Assembly: GCF_001447785.1 (NCBI RefSeq)
Contig: NW_015173272.1
Coordinates: 1 to 64,000 of the forward strand
From: Gekko japonicus
Lineage: Eukaryota
Direction: 5' to 3'
Length of the DNA stretch: 64,000 nucleotides
The notes beneath the pieces were generated by a model. The model was not told the DNA's origin. It did no database searches and saw only the letters and a list, made by a program, of their open reading frames with translations. The translations under genes were made by a program, and so were the position numbers. This document shows positions 11,340 to 24,600 of the stretch, piece by piece. Each line of letters starts with the position of its first letter. Position 1 is the stretch's first letter.

Positions 11340-12700
11340 GGCCATACATTAATTTCAGATTGGTGCTGCCTCAATGGCTTCAGGTTTGAGTCTACATGGC
11401 CACATAGTCAATTTGGACTGATGCTGCATTTAGGATGGGAGCTGTCTTGGCTGCAGTGGGAGACAGCCAGTCAGGCCACACATAGCAAGACTGGGGCCTT
11501 TCTGGCCATGCATTCACTTTATGGAGCTGTCCCAGCCGCAGCAAGGTTGAGCCTGCCTGGCCAATTGATACAGTGGATCGTTAGGTAGCAATCTGACATT
11601 TTCAAGAGTTCTATTGGATACTGTAGTATGATCTATGTTTCTTGCATGTGCAGCCATATCACACTGCCTGGTCCTCACCTTGGGCCACTCCATAGTCATT
11701 TGGGCCAAGGTCAGCATTGATGGGACTCAGCTGTGCTTTTCCCTTCTTGCAAGCATCCAGTACTCTGGGAAGTGGGGGATGTGGTGGGACTGACTTCTGC
11801 CCTATCTCCACCAGGACTTAAGAGAGGGCAGGGATCTGAAGTCCTTGTGTGGCACTTAGGGAGGAATGATTTGGTGCAGACCAAAGGTGTTGCAGTGGTA
11901 ATAAGAGTTCTCCAGGATTAAAAGAAGATTAGGGGATATTGCGCAGGAGTGCTAAGGGGGCTAGATGGAGTTCCTCCAAAGGTGAATCTGGAAAGGTGCT
12001 GCTAAGCCCACCCCCATCAAAAAGGACAAGCTCCAAGCCAACATGGCCATTAGACGAGCAGTTCTGGAAACGGGGGCACTTTCATATCCCATCCTTCTGC
12101 ACTTTTACAGGAACTATAGGGGCTATCTTTCCAAGGGAGGATGTTGTTTAATTGGTTGATCCTCATCAAGGCCTGCATGATGTTATAGTAGGCAGTTTTG
12201 GTAAGGGGTGTTAAGCTAGGCTAACCCCCTTGTGTGGAAGGAATAGGGCAGGTTAGTCAAGATAATTATGGCTAATCACCAAGTACCCTGAGACATCTTC
12301 TTTTTTTTTGGGGGGGGGTGTCCAGAACATGCCATCACAGGCCTTGCAACTGGGTGCACTGAAAGGAAAGTCCTTGGTGATGAGTGGCATCTTCATAACC
12401 TAGGGTAACCAACCTCCATATGGAACCTGGAGATTTCTTTGTATTACAACTGTTTTCCGCATGACAGAGATCAGTTCCCTATGAGAAAATGGCTGTTGAT
12501 GCCTCTCCCCAAACCCCACCTTCCCCAAGCTCCACCCCTCAAATCTCCAGGTATTCCCAAACCCAGAGCTAGCTACCCTATTGTAACCTGGTAGGAGCCT
12601 TTCAGCTCATCACAGGGGAATGATAAAACTGGGCATATAGGGGAGCAGGCAGTGATAAGCAAGACTGGCAGAAGTGCCAGCCAATTTTGGATCATTGATC
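11340..12700 (+). mobile_element. Decayed 3' part of an Ngaro/DIRS-like element (YR end plus SGNH hydrolase remnant) with a nested MITE; paralogous to 40930-42240
   Basis: Remnant FQIGAA at ~11355 and WHLGRNDL at ~11850; colinear alignment with 40930-42240, including the same MITE at ~12400-12580. Confidence 0.7.
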
Positions 12701-12835
12701 CCTATTTTGTGGGCTAGGATCACTGAAAGAAACCAATGAGCACTTGATTTTTCCTTTATCAACATGACATACACCAGAGATACTCACTCACTGCCTCAGA
12801 GGCCAGATATACCTCATTGACAAGCTACCAGTGGC

Positions 12836-13359
12836 CAGGCCCGTAGCTACTGTGGGGCAGATGGGGCCCGGTCCCCTAGCAGTTTTTATGGGTTCCGCTC
12901 CCTAAGTATTGGCTCCCCCTCCCTCTGATTGCCTGTCAGCCTGTCCACAGGGAGGACAAGGGCAGTAATTTCAGAGGCGGTAGCACGAGTAGCGGTGGTG
13001 ACAAGGCGAGGCTGAGAGAACCACCCAGGCAGCAAGCATGAATGGTAAAGCCAAGGCAAGGAGACAGGCAGACACCTCCTCTGACCCAGCTGTGCTCCAG
13101 TGGGCTGAGCCTGCACACGGCACCTCCATGGCTAGCCCAGCTGCTCCACGCCTTGCCTCTCCCAGCCCTGGGAGGGAGCCGAGGGTAGAAGGGGCACTGG
13201 AGCTTCTCATGGAGGGAGGGAGCTGGATGCTCCAGGGATGGCCTGCCCTAGTGAGGGGGAGGGAAACTGCAGCCACTGGGCATAACCCCCTTGCCCTGGA
13301 GCCTTTGATTTACATACCTGGTGGGCCCCCTCCCCCAAAAATCCCTAACTACAGGGCTG
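12836..13359. mobile_element. hAT-like non-autonomous DNA transposon
   Basis: Imperfect TIR CAGGCCCGTAGCTA / TAACTACAGGGCTG; degenerate 8-bp TSD CCAGTGGC/CCTATGGT; empty site at ~6305 in the duplicated block. Confidence 0.75.
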
Positions 13360-14346
13360 CCTATGGTTCTTCCCCAATGTGGCATCCTTTCCATGTTCCT
13401 AGAAAGTCCTCCAGATCATTGCCCAGTAGGGCTTGTGGTTGGCAAGTGGTTCCCACATTGAAACCGCTACTGCTGGAGGGACTGGAGAACAGGTAAGTGG
13501 TGAGCCAACTTGAGCTTTAGGCATCATTCCAAGATGGAAGGGCCCATCCTCTCCAGAATCCCCCTATAACAACAATCTCTGTGCCCTCATCTCAACACAT
13601 GAGCAGTCACCAAGATGACAACAGGCTGCCTGCAAAGAAGGGAGAGTAAAACCAACAAAACAGGCATCACAGCCCTGACTTGTGGTGCTCTGAACAATAC
13701 ATTTGGTGAAGTCAAATCCTTAAACCACAGAGAATAGCAACATCCATTTCACATGGGGACAGCAATAGAGGCACTGCAGCACCATGGAGGTGCATGGCTA
13801 CTGAAGGGGCAGAAGAACTTGGTACAAGGAAGTGATACCATCAGCTGCACCCACAACAAGTACAATCTGCTCAGGAGATGGACATCTACATTCAGTACTG
13901 AAGCAGCAATCCTGGTGTCTTTGTGTCCACCTTCTGTCTTTAACCTGGATCTGTTTTCAAACATTGTACTAAGGGAGCAAGCATTGCCCCTCTCTTGATC
14001 AATGCACATAGAATTGGCTCTAACAATAGATCTCATTATAATTGTCCACTAAGATACGTGCACTAAGAATAAAATTTTACAGGAAGCAAGAGCCCATGGT
14101 ACATTTAAATTCAGAGTCCCTAAAGTTCAGTTTTTCCACAACATTTCCCCTGAGGCACTGCAGATAAGGAACGTTTGAAAACCCACCTCAGCCAGACTCA
14201 CAGAGGCTGGCATAAGGTGTAAGTGGCTTGCTTCAGGTTATGTTAAGGTTGTCAACAATGGCAAATTATATCATGCGGTAGATGTTGATGAAAGTCAAGA
14301 TCACCTGTATATATTTGCACTATTATACCTGCAAGAAGCCCAGAAG

Positions 14347-14352
<6 letters not shown>

Positions 14353-14400
<48 letters not shown>
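14353..14400 (+). repeat. (GA)n microsatellite
   Basis: Perfect dinucleotide run. Confidence 0.98.
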
Positions 14401-14403
<3 letters not shown>

Positions 14404-15584
14404 CTAGATTCCCCATCAGCATGGAATCGCTGTTATAGGATTCCAATACAGAAACCTATGTAAAGGACAAATGAGTCACAGTTTACACTGATATGTTGCT
14501 TGTAAGAAGCTGTTTAGTATGATTATTATAGATGTTGATTCATTTTATATATTCATTTTATAGGTCAAAAGTGAAATTAATGATCTACAGGTCGGGGGGG
14601 GGGGGGCGAGTCATCAGGTGCCCTTGATCTGTGCTTGAGGTCTGGGTGGAGCATGGTTTGTAGTATGGACTGGATTAAGGAGGGTTGGGTTGGAATGCTA
14701 AACTAGGGGAACATTTCTTCTTTGAGTTAGGGAGCTGGGACTGCATGTTTTCCTAGGTTCCCTCCCACCAGGAAATTAAGTGTTCTGTTTTGTTTCCAAT
14801 GGGGATAATTAAGAATTTCCGGCATGCTTTTAATGTATCTGCAAAGCTGATCTGAGATGTTCATGATCAGTAGCAACTAGCCACCAATGAAACAAGCTGC
14901 TGGATATCCCTTTATAAATATATTGAGAACTTCTTTTTGTTACCGTCTACAGAAAGCTATTTTTTTACTAGTAAGACATGTAGAAGACTCCAATGAACAC
15001 AAGGAGGTAACACTGCTCCTTTCTCAACTTATGCTGCAAAATTTGGAATCATACAAGGAAAACAGATTGCAGTCCTTCAAGGTGTGAGCACAATCAGTAA
15101 GTCTGTTTATGTTTACTGTAATGGCTGAAGAAGAACTAAAGGGTACAGGAGAAGCTACTGTGAGTATAGTGAATTCCGTGCTATTATGTTTACTGTAATG
15201 GCTGAAGAACTAAAGGGTACAGGAGAGCTACTGTGAGTATAGTGAATTCCGTGCTGAAGTAAGTGCAAATCCCCACTCTACCATGAAGATCACTGGATGA
15301 CCTTAGACTTTTCACTTCTTCTCTGCCTAACTTACCTCTTAGGACTGTTTTGGAGAAAAAGGACATTGTACACTGCCCTGAGCTGCTTGACTAAAAGATG
15401 GGGTAAGGGTGTAATATGTAGCTGAAGAGGCACCCTCCTTATTTTTCAGCATAACTGTAAACTGTACAAGCTATTTCAAAGGAAGAACTTGAATTACCTT
15501 TGTAATATTTGTTCTGCTGTTATGTTCAGAGGGATATTTTTCACATATACAATTTCCTTCTTCCCATAGGTGTCATGGGAAGTC

Positions 15585-16505
15585 ATGGTAGGAAACCAAA
15601 CTGATGAAGGCTTCTTTTGGCTCCTCGGCCTTTCCAATGATCTTCAGCTCCAGGTTCTCCTATTTGTCCTGTTCTTGTTAATTTATCTGTTAACTGTAGT
15701 GGCAAATGTTATGATCGTGATGGCTGTGAAATCCAACCCTAAGCTTCAGAACCCCATGTACTTCTTCTTGAGTCATCTCTCTTTCCTGGATGTCTGTTAC
15801 TCATCTGTCACACTCCCAAAGATGCTGGAGACCACCATTGCCAAAGAGAAGACTATATCTGTCAGTGGATGCTTTGCTCAGGCATTCTTTATTTTGTTTT
15901 CAGCCACTATAGAGGGTTTCATTCTCTCATCAATGGCTTATGACAGGTACTGTGCCATATGCAAACCACTGCATTACATGAACATCATGAATATAGCATT
16001 CAGTTGGAAGCTAGTGGCTACTTCATGGACAATTGGTTTCTTGAATGCACTTGCAAACACCTTGCCACTTTTACGGTTAGAATTCTGTGGGGCAAACATC
16101 ATAAAGCACTTCAGTTGTGAGCTGCCTTCTATCCTTTCTTTGTCCTGCTCTGACACATTCATGAACAAAATGTTGTTCTTCATGGCTGGAGGCACAGTTG
16201 GTGTAGTCACTGTTTTCCTCATTGTAGTCTCCTATATTCATATCATTTCTACCATCCTGAGAATCACCTCCACAAAGGGGAGGCAGAAAGCTTTCTCTAC
16301 CTGCAGTTCCCACCTAAGTGTAGTGACTCTTTTCTATGGGACAAGTTACTTCCGCTATCTTAGACCAAGCTCAGCATCATCTGTGGTTTGGGATGAAATA
16401 CTTTCCATACAATACAGCATCCTCATACCATTACTAAACCCCATCATCTACAGCTTACCAAACAAGGAGATGAAGGCATCATTTAAGAAGATATTAAAAT
16501 GGTGA
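15585..16505 (+). CDS. Olfactory receptor, intact (paralogue B)
   Basis: ATG at 15585; same OR motifs and near-identical to paralogues A and C; acceptor AG at 15568-15569. Confidence 0.97.
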   Translation: MVGNQTDEGFFWLLGLSNDLQLQVLLFVLFLLIYLLTVVANVMIVMAVKSNPKLQNPMYFFLSHLSFLDVCYSSVTLPKMLETTIAKEKTISVSGCFAQAFFILFSATIEGFILSSMAYDRYCAICKPLHYMNIMNIAFSWKLVATSWTIGFLNALANTLPLLRLEFCGANIIKHFSCELPSILSLSCSDTFMNKMLFFMAGGTVGVVTVFLIVVSYIHIISTILRITSTKGRQKAFSTCSSHLSVVTLFYGTSYFRYLRPSSASSVVWDEILSIQYSILIPLLNPIIYSLPNKEMKASFKKILKW

Positions 16506-17068
16506 CATTCTGGGACCTTTCAAAAATAAGCATCTGTCCAAGTCTTCACCCACAAGTCTTCTTGATTATGTATAACTTAATCTTTGTTTCCAAACTAGAA
16601 CTGATGTATTGGGAAATGTCTGTTTTTGCTTCTTTCCCATTTCTGAGCATTGTATCAGCCACAGCAGGGGCACAGTCAGCAGGAGTTCTGTATATTTGCA
16701 GTACATGAAAGTCAGCATGATATAATGGTTAGATGAGTCGGACTAGGAGCTGGAAGACCCAGGTTTGAATCCCCAGTCTGCCTATTGTACTATCAAAATG
16801 ATCTTAATGAAAAATTATAAAGAATAAGTAAAATGTCACTGACCTAATCTTAGCCATTCATGTTGGTTGGACAAACATTTTATTTTAGCATTATAATTTT
16901 CATTAGGATCATTTTGATAGTATAACCCAAATATATGTACATATAATAATATTATATGCACATATATTTGGTTTATACTATCAAAATGATCCTAATATAA
17001 TATAATAATATTATAATGAATATAATATTATTATAATATATATCATAATATAATAATACTAATATTAT

Positions 17069-17420
17069 GAAGTTGCTGTGGTGGCTTAAGTGGTTAAGAC
17101 GCTGAACTGCAGGCTGTGGAAGGTTGGTAGTTCAGCAGTTTGAGACCCGAGTGTGCTGCATGACAGAGTGAGTTCCCGTCTTTAGTTCCAGCTCCTGCCA
17201 ACCTAGCAGTTCGAAAGCAAGAAATTGCAAGTAGATAAATAGGTACCACTTCAGTGGGAAGGTAACAGCATTCCGTGCGCCTTGGTGTTTAGTCATGCCG
17301 GCCACATGACCACGGAAACGTTTTCGGACAGCGCTGGCTCTTCAGCTTTGAAATGGAGATGAGCACCGCAACCCTATAGTCCAATTCGACTGGCTTTCGA
17401 GCAAGGGAACCTTTACCTTC
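17069..17420 (+). mobile_element. Sauria SINE, full length
   Basis: tRNA-like head GGTGGCTTAAGTGGTTAAG, Sauria core and ACCTTTACCTT tail; follows an AT-rich (TAA)n tract. Confidence 0.88.
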
Positions 17421-17969
17421 TTAATAATGTTATACCATTATGAACTGGGGAATTAGATGTAATTTAAATGTGATTTTTAACCTGACATTTTTATATGTGA
17501 GCAAAATCAATTTTTTTAATGTTTCCATTTGACTATGTGGAATAAAATGCACTTCTGTGTGATTATTAACATTTCTTCCCAGCGAGTTTTTGTTTTTTAT
17601 TATTATTGCATTTTCTTAGTGCTTTAATTAAAATATTAATTTTTGGTCTTCATTTTTCAGCAATCAGTTAACACATGGTCTGGCTAATTATATCAACCCT
17701 TGTTCTTGGTGTGTATGTGTGAAGAAGGCTCATATGGACAATATGTGTTTGGTGTTTTTTACTGTGGCTTTGCTTGTGACCTCTCCTCATTCAGGTAGTC
17801 CCTGAGTCTGATTTACTGTGGGCTTTTTTGTATACCATCAGGTTTGAGATACTCATTTGTATTATATATTGTATATTCAGGACTACTTAATCTGGTTATT
17901 TGTGCCGAAAGGCTAATTCAAAGCCTATGTTTTTAAGTTTATATTTTAAAGACAGTGTATAATAAATTT

Positions 17970-18316
17970 GAGGAGCTGTGGTGGCTCAAGTGGTTAAGAC
18001 ACTGAACTGCAGGCTGTGGAAGGTCAGTAGTTCAGCAGTTCAAGACCCGGGTGCCGCAAGACAGGGTGAGCTCCTGTCTCTAGTTCCAGCTCCTGCCAAC
18101 CTAGCAGTTCGAAAGCAAGAAATTGCAAGTAGATAAATAGGTACGACTTCGGTGGGAAGGTAGCAGCGTTCCGTGCGCCTTGGTGTTTAGTCATGCCGAC
18201 CACATGACCACGGAAACGTCTTCGGACAGCGCTGGCTCTTCGGCTTTGAAACGGAGATGAGCACTGCAACCCTAGAGTCGGATTTGACTGGCTTTCGAGC
18301 AAGGGAACCTTTACCT
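17970..18316 (+). mobile_element. Sauria SINE, full length
   Basis: TSD TATAATAAATTT at 17958-17969 and 18317-18328. Confidence 0.92.
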
Positions 18317-20446
18317 TATAATAAATTTATTTTGTTTAATTAATATATATATATATAGACTCACACAAACATACACACATAAACATTTTTACTCTTCCTT
18401 TTTGATATCTAATTCAATTTTTGATTGGGTCTCTCCCCTTTTGGCAACATTGCCTTGTCATTGGGTGATCACCTTTTGCAAACAACAAGGGAGAAGAATT
18501 GTAGAGGGGACTTTATTGAAATCTTTAGCCTTCTTTATCGTGGTCTTGAGAAGAAGGAGAAAGAGGAGCTTGATGACAAGGACAAAGAGACACTTAAGAG
18601 ACGAAGGGTGGACAGAACGTGGGCAAACTGGCTGCCCAGTTTTTATTATTTACACTGGCGTGATCCCATTTTCACAGCCATGGAGGGCTGCAGCTCTCTT
18701 TCAATATTTAGACATTATATATAAAGGTTATGCCGGCTTTACTGGCCCAGTCTGGTTGATATATGATGAGGAATTTCGAATGTGAGCTGCCATGAATCCT
18801 GCCTTTCCGTGGGACATAATCTATTCTCACCTTGGGCTGCAAGTCATGTCCCCAACTAGGCCCAGTTCTGCTTCGGCTTCCCGTGGTTCCACGGGGCAGG
18901 TGGTTTAGCCCCACTTGCTTTGTTGGGAATTTGGTTCCCAGGGGGTCTGCAACAGGAAAGCCTGCCTTTAACAAGCATGAATGCCCCTTATGTGGAGGAC
19001 ATCACTCATTCTCAGCGTGTTCCAAGGGGAAGCTCCGTAGGACTCAGCGACAAAGGGGTGGCAGTGGCTCCTTCTCTGCTGTGGGAAAAGGGTCCCAGCC
19101 CACTAAAGCTGAAGGTTCTTGAAGCTTCGTTACAGTGGTATCGCAAGAGGGAAGGTGGTCTTTATTTGTTGGAAGGTTTGGAAGTTGGGTTTTGTATTCT
19201 TTTTCATGGACTGAGGGCCCCATTCATGGCTCATAATCTCCAGTCAGTGAAGGGCATGGAGGGGATGGTTAAGAAAAAGATAGAGAAGGAAAGAGCTGAG
19301 GGTCGGGTTTGGGGCCCCTTTTCCTCACCACCACTTCCTAATGTAAGGGCTTCTCCTCTTGGGATAGTGCCTAAGAAGGCGGCTGGTGCATTTCAGCTAA
19401 TTCACCACCTTTCATACCCTTGAGGTGAATCTGTTAATGATACCATTCCTTCTCACTTATGCATGGTGAGATACACCTCAGTTGACCAGGTAGTTCATGT
19501 TGTATGATGTTGTGGTTGGGGGGCTGAGTTGGTGAAGTGTTATAGTAAGTCTGCATTTCACCTCCTCCCTGTGCATCCTGATGATTTTGAGCTGTTAGGG
19601 TTTTCCTTTAATGGCCAGTTTTTTATGGATAGGGCTTTGCCTATGGGAAGTTCTGTGTCATGTGCTGCATTTGAACACTTCATTCCTGGACTGGGCATTG
19701 CAAGCAAAAAACAGGGCTGCAGGATGTCACCCAATAACTGGATGGCTTCCATTTTGTGGGTCCACAGGAAACTGGCAGATGTACTCTGCTGTTGGTTGGA
19801 TTTCAGCAATTAGCTGAGGAGATGGGGGTCCCGTTGGCCCATGAAAAAAAAAAGAGGACCCTGTACACAGTTAGTCCTTTTAGGGCTGGAACTAGATACG
19901 GTGGCCCAAACACCCCACTTGCCCATGGATAAGGTTGAGAATTTGAGGGTCTGGCTTTGCTCCTTTTTAAGGAAGCAGAAAGTCACTTTAAGGAAGCTAC
20001 AACAGCTGGCAGGGCATCTCAACTTTGCATGCAAAGTTGTCGCCCTAGGGCAAGCTTTTTTGCAGAGGCTCTGCAATGCCATGGCAGGGCTGCAGCTCCC
20101 GCACCATAGAGTACGCATCAAAAGTGATATGTATACTGATCTTTCATTTTGGCAGGCATTTTTGGATTCCTTCAATGGAGTCTCCTTTTGGAGAGAGGAG
20201 TTAAAGTTTGAAGCTAAGCTTCAGGTTACCTCTGATGCAGCAGGGTCATACGGGTTTGGGATCTTTTTCAGGGGCCACTGGTATGCAGAAGAATGGCCCA
20301 AGGAATGGGTCTCAGCTGGTTTTTCTAGGGATCTCATGTTTTTAGAGGTTTTTCCCTATATTAGTGGCAATTTGGCCATGGGGAGATGAATTATCAGATC
20401 ACACAGTCCATTTCTGGTGTGACAATTTAGTGGTGGCTCACATACT

Positions 20447-20631
20447 GGGAAAGATTGAAGGTCAAAGAAGACGGGGACGACAAAGGATGAGATGGTTAGA
20501 CAGTGTCATCGATGCAACGAACATGAAGTTGAGCAAACTTCAGAGGATGGTGGAAGACCGGAGGGCCTGGAGGGAGCTGGTCCATGGGGTCGCAAAGAGT
20601 TGGACTCGACTGTGCGACTGAACAACAACAA
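20447..20631 (+). mobile_element. BovB (RTE) LINE 3' end
   Basis: GKIEGQRRRGRQRMRWLD...VHGVAKSWTRL, (CAA)n tail, TSD CACATACT; inserted in the Ngaro RNase H region. Confidence 0.92.
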
Positions 20632-21679
20632 CACATACTCAATTCACTCACATCCAAATTGGCAAGAGTGATGAGGCTAGTTCGCACCTTTACCCTGAAT
20701 TGCCTTTGGCTCAACACACTGGTTTTTGCTCAGCATGTGCCTGTAGTGGACAATGTGGTGGTTGACTCTCTCTCTCACAAACAGATGGAGAGGTTTTATC
20801 AGCTTGCTCCAGAGGCTGATCATCTGCCAGCAAGGATGTCCCCGGAGCTCTTGCTGGTTGGAGGGCTGAGGCTTGCAGAGTTATAGGCCTCACTATTTCC
20901 CCTAGCACACGGAAAGGGTATGAACATGCAGTTCACCAGTTTGAAGAGTTTAGAAATAAGGAGGGTTATCCCAAGGTTTGGCCCATTTTGGTGGAGCAAG
21001 TTATCCACTATTGTGTGTCTTTAAGAGAAACCAGCTTGGCTGTGTGTTCCATTCGGGGCTGACTTTCTGCCCTGGCTTTTGATAGCAAGGCTTTAGATTT
21101 TCAGGAAGTCACCAATGACTTCTGGATATGAAAGATGCTTGAGGGTTGGTCCCGGGAAGGGGGAGTTCAGAAGGATGAGAGGCAGCCCATTTCCCCGGCA
21201 GTCCTCGACGGGTTGTGGACAACCTGGGGTGCAGTTTACAATTCTGGATATGAAGCTTAACTTTTTCATGCAGCTTTGTTGCTTGCATTCTTTGGGGCTC
21301 TCTGGGTTAGTGAACTGGCTGCTCTGTCTAAGACTGACCAGTCTTGCAAAGCTTTGCAGGTGTGGGACTTTCAGTTCATCAGCAAAGAGTCACATGTAAC
21401 AATCAGGCGCTCTAAGACTGACCAGCGAGGTAAAGGATCGGTGGTCAGGTTAGGTACCTGTTCCAATTTGGAGCTCTGCCCAGTATTATCATTGTCCCAG
21501 TACATGGTATTGTGAGGAAGGGTGGACAGTTACCCCTTTCATCATGCTGACGGGAGTCCACAGTTTTGAGCTGTTACTGCCCAGGCTTTGAACAAGTTGG
21601 ACCTCTTAGGAGTGAAATTTGGTACTCACTCTTTCAGGATAGGCGCTGCTTCCACCGCTGCAGCCTTAGGCTATACCAC

Positions 21680-24600
21680 TAAGTAAAACACTAAATCACT
21701 GTTTATAATTTTACATTTTTTTCTGTTTTTATATTATGTTAAATGTGAATTATTAAAGTATTTTTATAATGATTCATTAACACAATTACAACTTAAGCAT
21801 TAACCATGAAGCTCAACAGTACATTCAGAATGATGTCACTTCTGTAGAAATATTTACAGCCAATAATAAGGTCTTATCTTAGGTACAAGGTCCTAATCTA
21901 ATATACTTATTACAAAAACAACAAATACAAACAACGGCATTCTAGTAATCATTCTGTTTGAGTATTCTTCATCAGGTTTGTCTGTTGTTGTTGATTCAAC
22001 ACAATCTTTTTTTTTAAGCCCCCGGAGGGGATTTTTTATTGATTTTTTAAACACTACAAAAACTAGAACAGAAAAAAGGGAAAGGGAAAGCTACATATAA
22101 GGGAGAAAGTAAAGAACCCACTACTAACTAAAAACCCAAGAGAGGAGATCTCCAACTAGCTTTTTATACTTCATTCAGACTTTTCATCTTTGTACTTCTT
22201 ATGAACTGTGTCAATCTTTTAACCCTTTTAACCATCCCCAGTTACATTTAATTGCCCAATAACAGTGCCCCCCATCATCCCCTAGAAACAAAAGTTCTCA
22301 AAGGAACAATTCAGAGTCCTTCAGCCTTTACTTCTTCGTCTCTCTCTTCCGCAGTTTGTAGGAACTTTTCGGGGCTGATGCCCCCTGCTCAGACAAAGAG
22401 TCCTCACCAGACGAACCAGTTTCCAGCTCTCCACTGGACTTATCGTCCTCTTCTTTTTTCTCATCCTCTGGCCTTCCCAGCTGCTCCTTTAGAAACTCTT
22501 GAGCTTTAAGAACAGAGTCAATCTTGACCTTCTTCTCCTTGATCTTGAATATTACTCCTTCTGGAAACAGCCATTTATATCCAATTGAGTTTGTTTGGAG
22601 GAAAAACACAAGTTCTTTGTATTTCTTTCTGCATTGTCTTACTTCAAATGGAGTATAAACAGACGCTTTTAATAAACAGAATAAAGTTTATTTAGTACAG
22701 GCTTGCAATCAGACTACTCAGGATTACAAAATAACAAAACTTATGGCCGATGGCCCTAACTAAACATTAGAGATCTGCATAGTTACCAGGATGATCCATA
22801 GTCAAGAAGTCTCAGTATAAAGTCCAATTAGGTCCCATCTTTGTGCAAGCATGTAGCCATGTGCTCAGCTCCAAAGAAATCCTTTGTCTCTGTTAGGAGC
22901 CACATGGTAGCATAGCATNNNNNNNNNNNNNNNNNNNNNNNNNNNNNNNNNNNNNNNNNNNNNNNNNNNNNNNNNNNNNNNNNNNNNNNNNNNNNNNNNN
23001 NNNNNNNNNNNNNNNNNNNNNNNNNNNNNNNNNNNNNNNNNNNNNNNNNNNNNNNNNNNNNNNNNNNNNNNNNNNNNNNNNNNNNNNNNNNNNNNNNNNN
23101 NNNNNNNNNNNNNNNNNNNNNNNNNNNNNNNNNNNNNNNNNNNNNNNNNNNNNNNNNNNNNNNNNNNNNNNNNNNNNNNNNNNNNNNNNNNNNNNNNNNN
23201 NNNNNNNNNNNNNNNNNNNNNNNNNNNNNNNNNNNNNNNNNNNNNNNNNNNNNNNNNNNNNNNNNNNNNNNNNNNNNNNNNNNNNNNNNNNNNNNNNNNN
23301 NNNNNNNNNNNNNNNNNNNNNNNNNNNNNNNNNNNNNNNNNNNNNNNNNNNNNNNNNNNNNNNNNNNNNNNNNNNNNNNNNNNNNNNNNNNNNNNNNNNN
23401 NNNNNNNNNNNNNNNNNNNNNNNNNNNNNNNNNNNNNNNNNNNNNNNNNNNNNNNNNNNNNNNNNNNNNNNNNNNNNNNNNNNNNNNNNNNNNNNNNNNN
23501 NNNNNNNNNNNNNNNNNNNNNNNNNNNNNNNNNNNNNNNNNNNNNNNNNNNNNNNNNNNNNNNNNNNNNNNNNNNNNNNNNNNNNNNNNNNNNNNNNNNN
23601 NNNNNNNNNNNNNNNNNNNNNNNNNNNNNNNNNNNNNNNNNNNNNNNNNNNNNNNNNNNNNNNNNNNNNNNNNNNNNNNNNNNNNNNNNNNNNNNNNNNN
23701 NNNNNNNNNNNNNNNNNNNNNNNNNNNNNNNNNNNNNNNNNNNNNNNNNNNNNNNNNNNNNNNNNNNNNNNNNNNNNNNNNNNNNNNNNNNNNNNNNNNN
23801 NNNNNNNNNNNNNNNNNNNNNNNNNNNNNNNNNNNNNNNNNNNNNNNNNNNNNNNNNNNNNNNNNNNNNNNNNNNNNNNTTGCAGCTGCTTTTTGTTGTG
23901 CAGTAATATTTGCTGTTACATCAAACATCTGTTCTTTAAAGACATTGAGCTGTTCCAGCAGAGGGCGCATGACCTCTGTCATCGCCTTCGTCGTCTCACT
24001 GGTTGTTTCCGGCACCTTTGGGGACTCTAGTTTTGCTTTTAAAAGTTTCTCTTTGTCTCTGTCCCTCTTCCCTGCCATCTTTTTCTCGTTTGTTTGCTTT
24101 CACAATAAATTTTAAAGTCTCTGAATATGCGCTTATCTGTATAGCTCGCTGAGTGAGTACTTCTGGGCAATTTCTTGTTTATTCTTCCACTCCCTCCCCT
24201 TTCGCTTCAATGATTTATGGCCATGGGAGGCGTCCCTCCCATCACTCGCTTCTGCCGTTTTGCCGCTTCGGGTAAGGAGTGTCTTTTCGTTTAAAAATCA
24301 GTTCTCATTTGACTCACGTTCATAGTTGGTGTTCCGACCCCTCTTCATCATCATTTCAAATGCCTGATCTCCTGAGCTTGACCCGGCTAGCTTCACTTGT
24401 ACCATCAGGTCTCTCAGCTGGACGGACCACTGGAGCAAGGGGGAGCCTCGATTCTCTGGCATTCGGCCAGAGAAGAGGCTACCCCCTCAAAGCCCCTTGG
24501 CCAGGAGCCCTTCCCCGGGCTCCTGGGGGGGGGTATGAGCCTGCTCACCCCCTCCGTCTGCCAGAGCATGGAGACACCCCCGGGAGGTCCAGGAGGTGAG

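Noticed and set aside
11205-11588. ORF with a poly-Leu signal-like stretch and poly-His
   Set aside because: Encoded by (CTA)n and (CAT)n microsatellites running into a TE remnant.
22828-24078. Long ORFs spanning N runs (also 3145-3536 and 36161-36745)
   Set aside because: Their length comes from assembly gaps; only the L1 ORF1 N-terminus is real.
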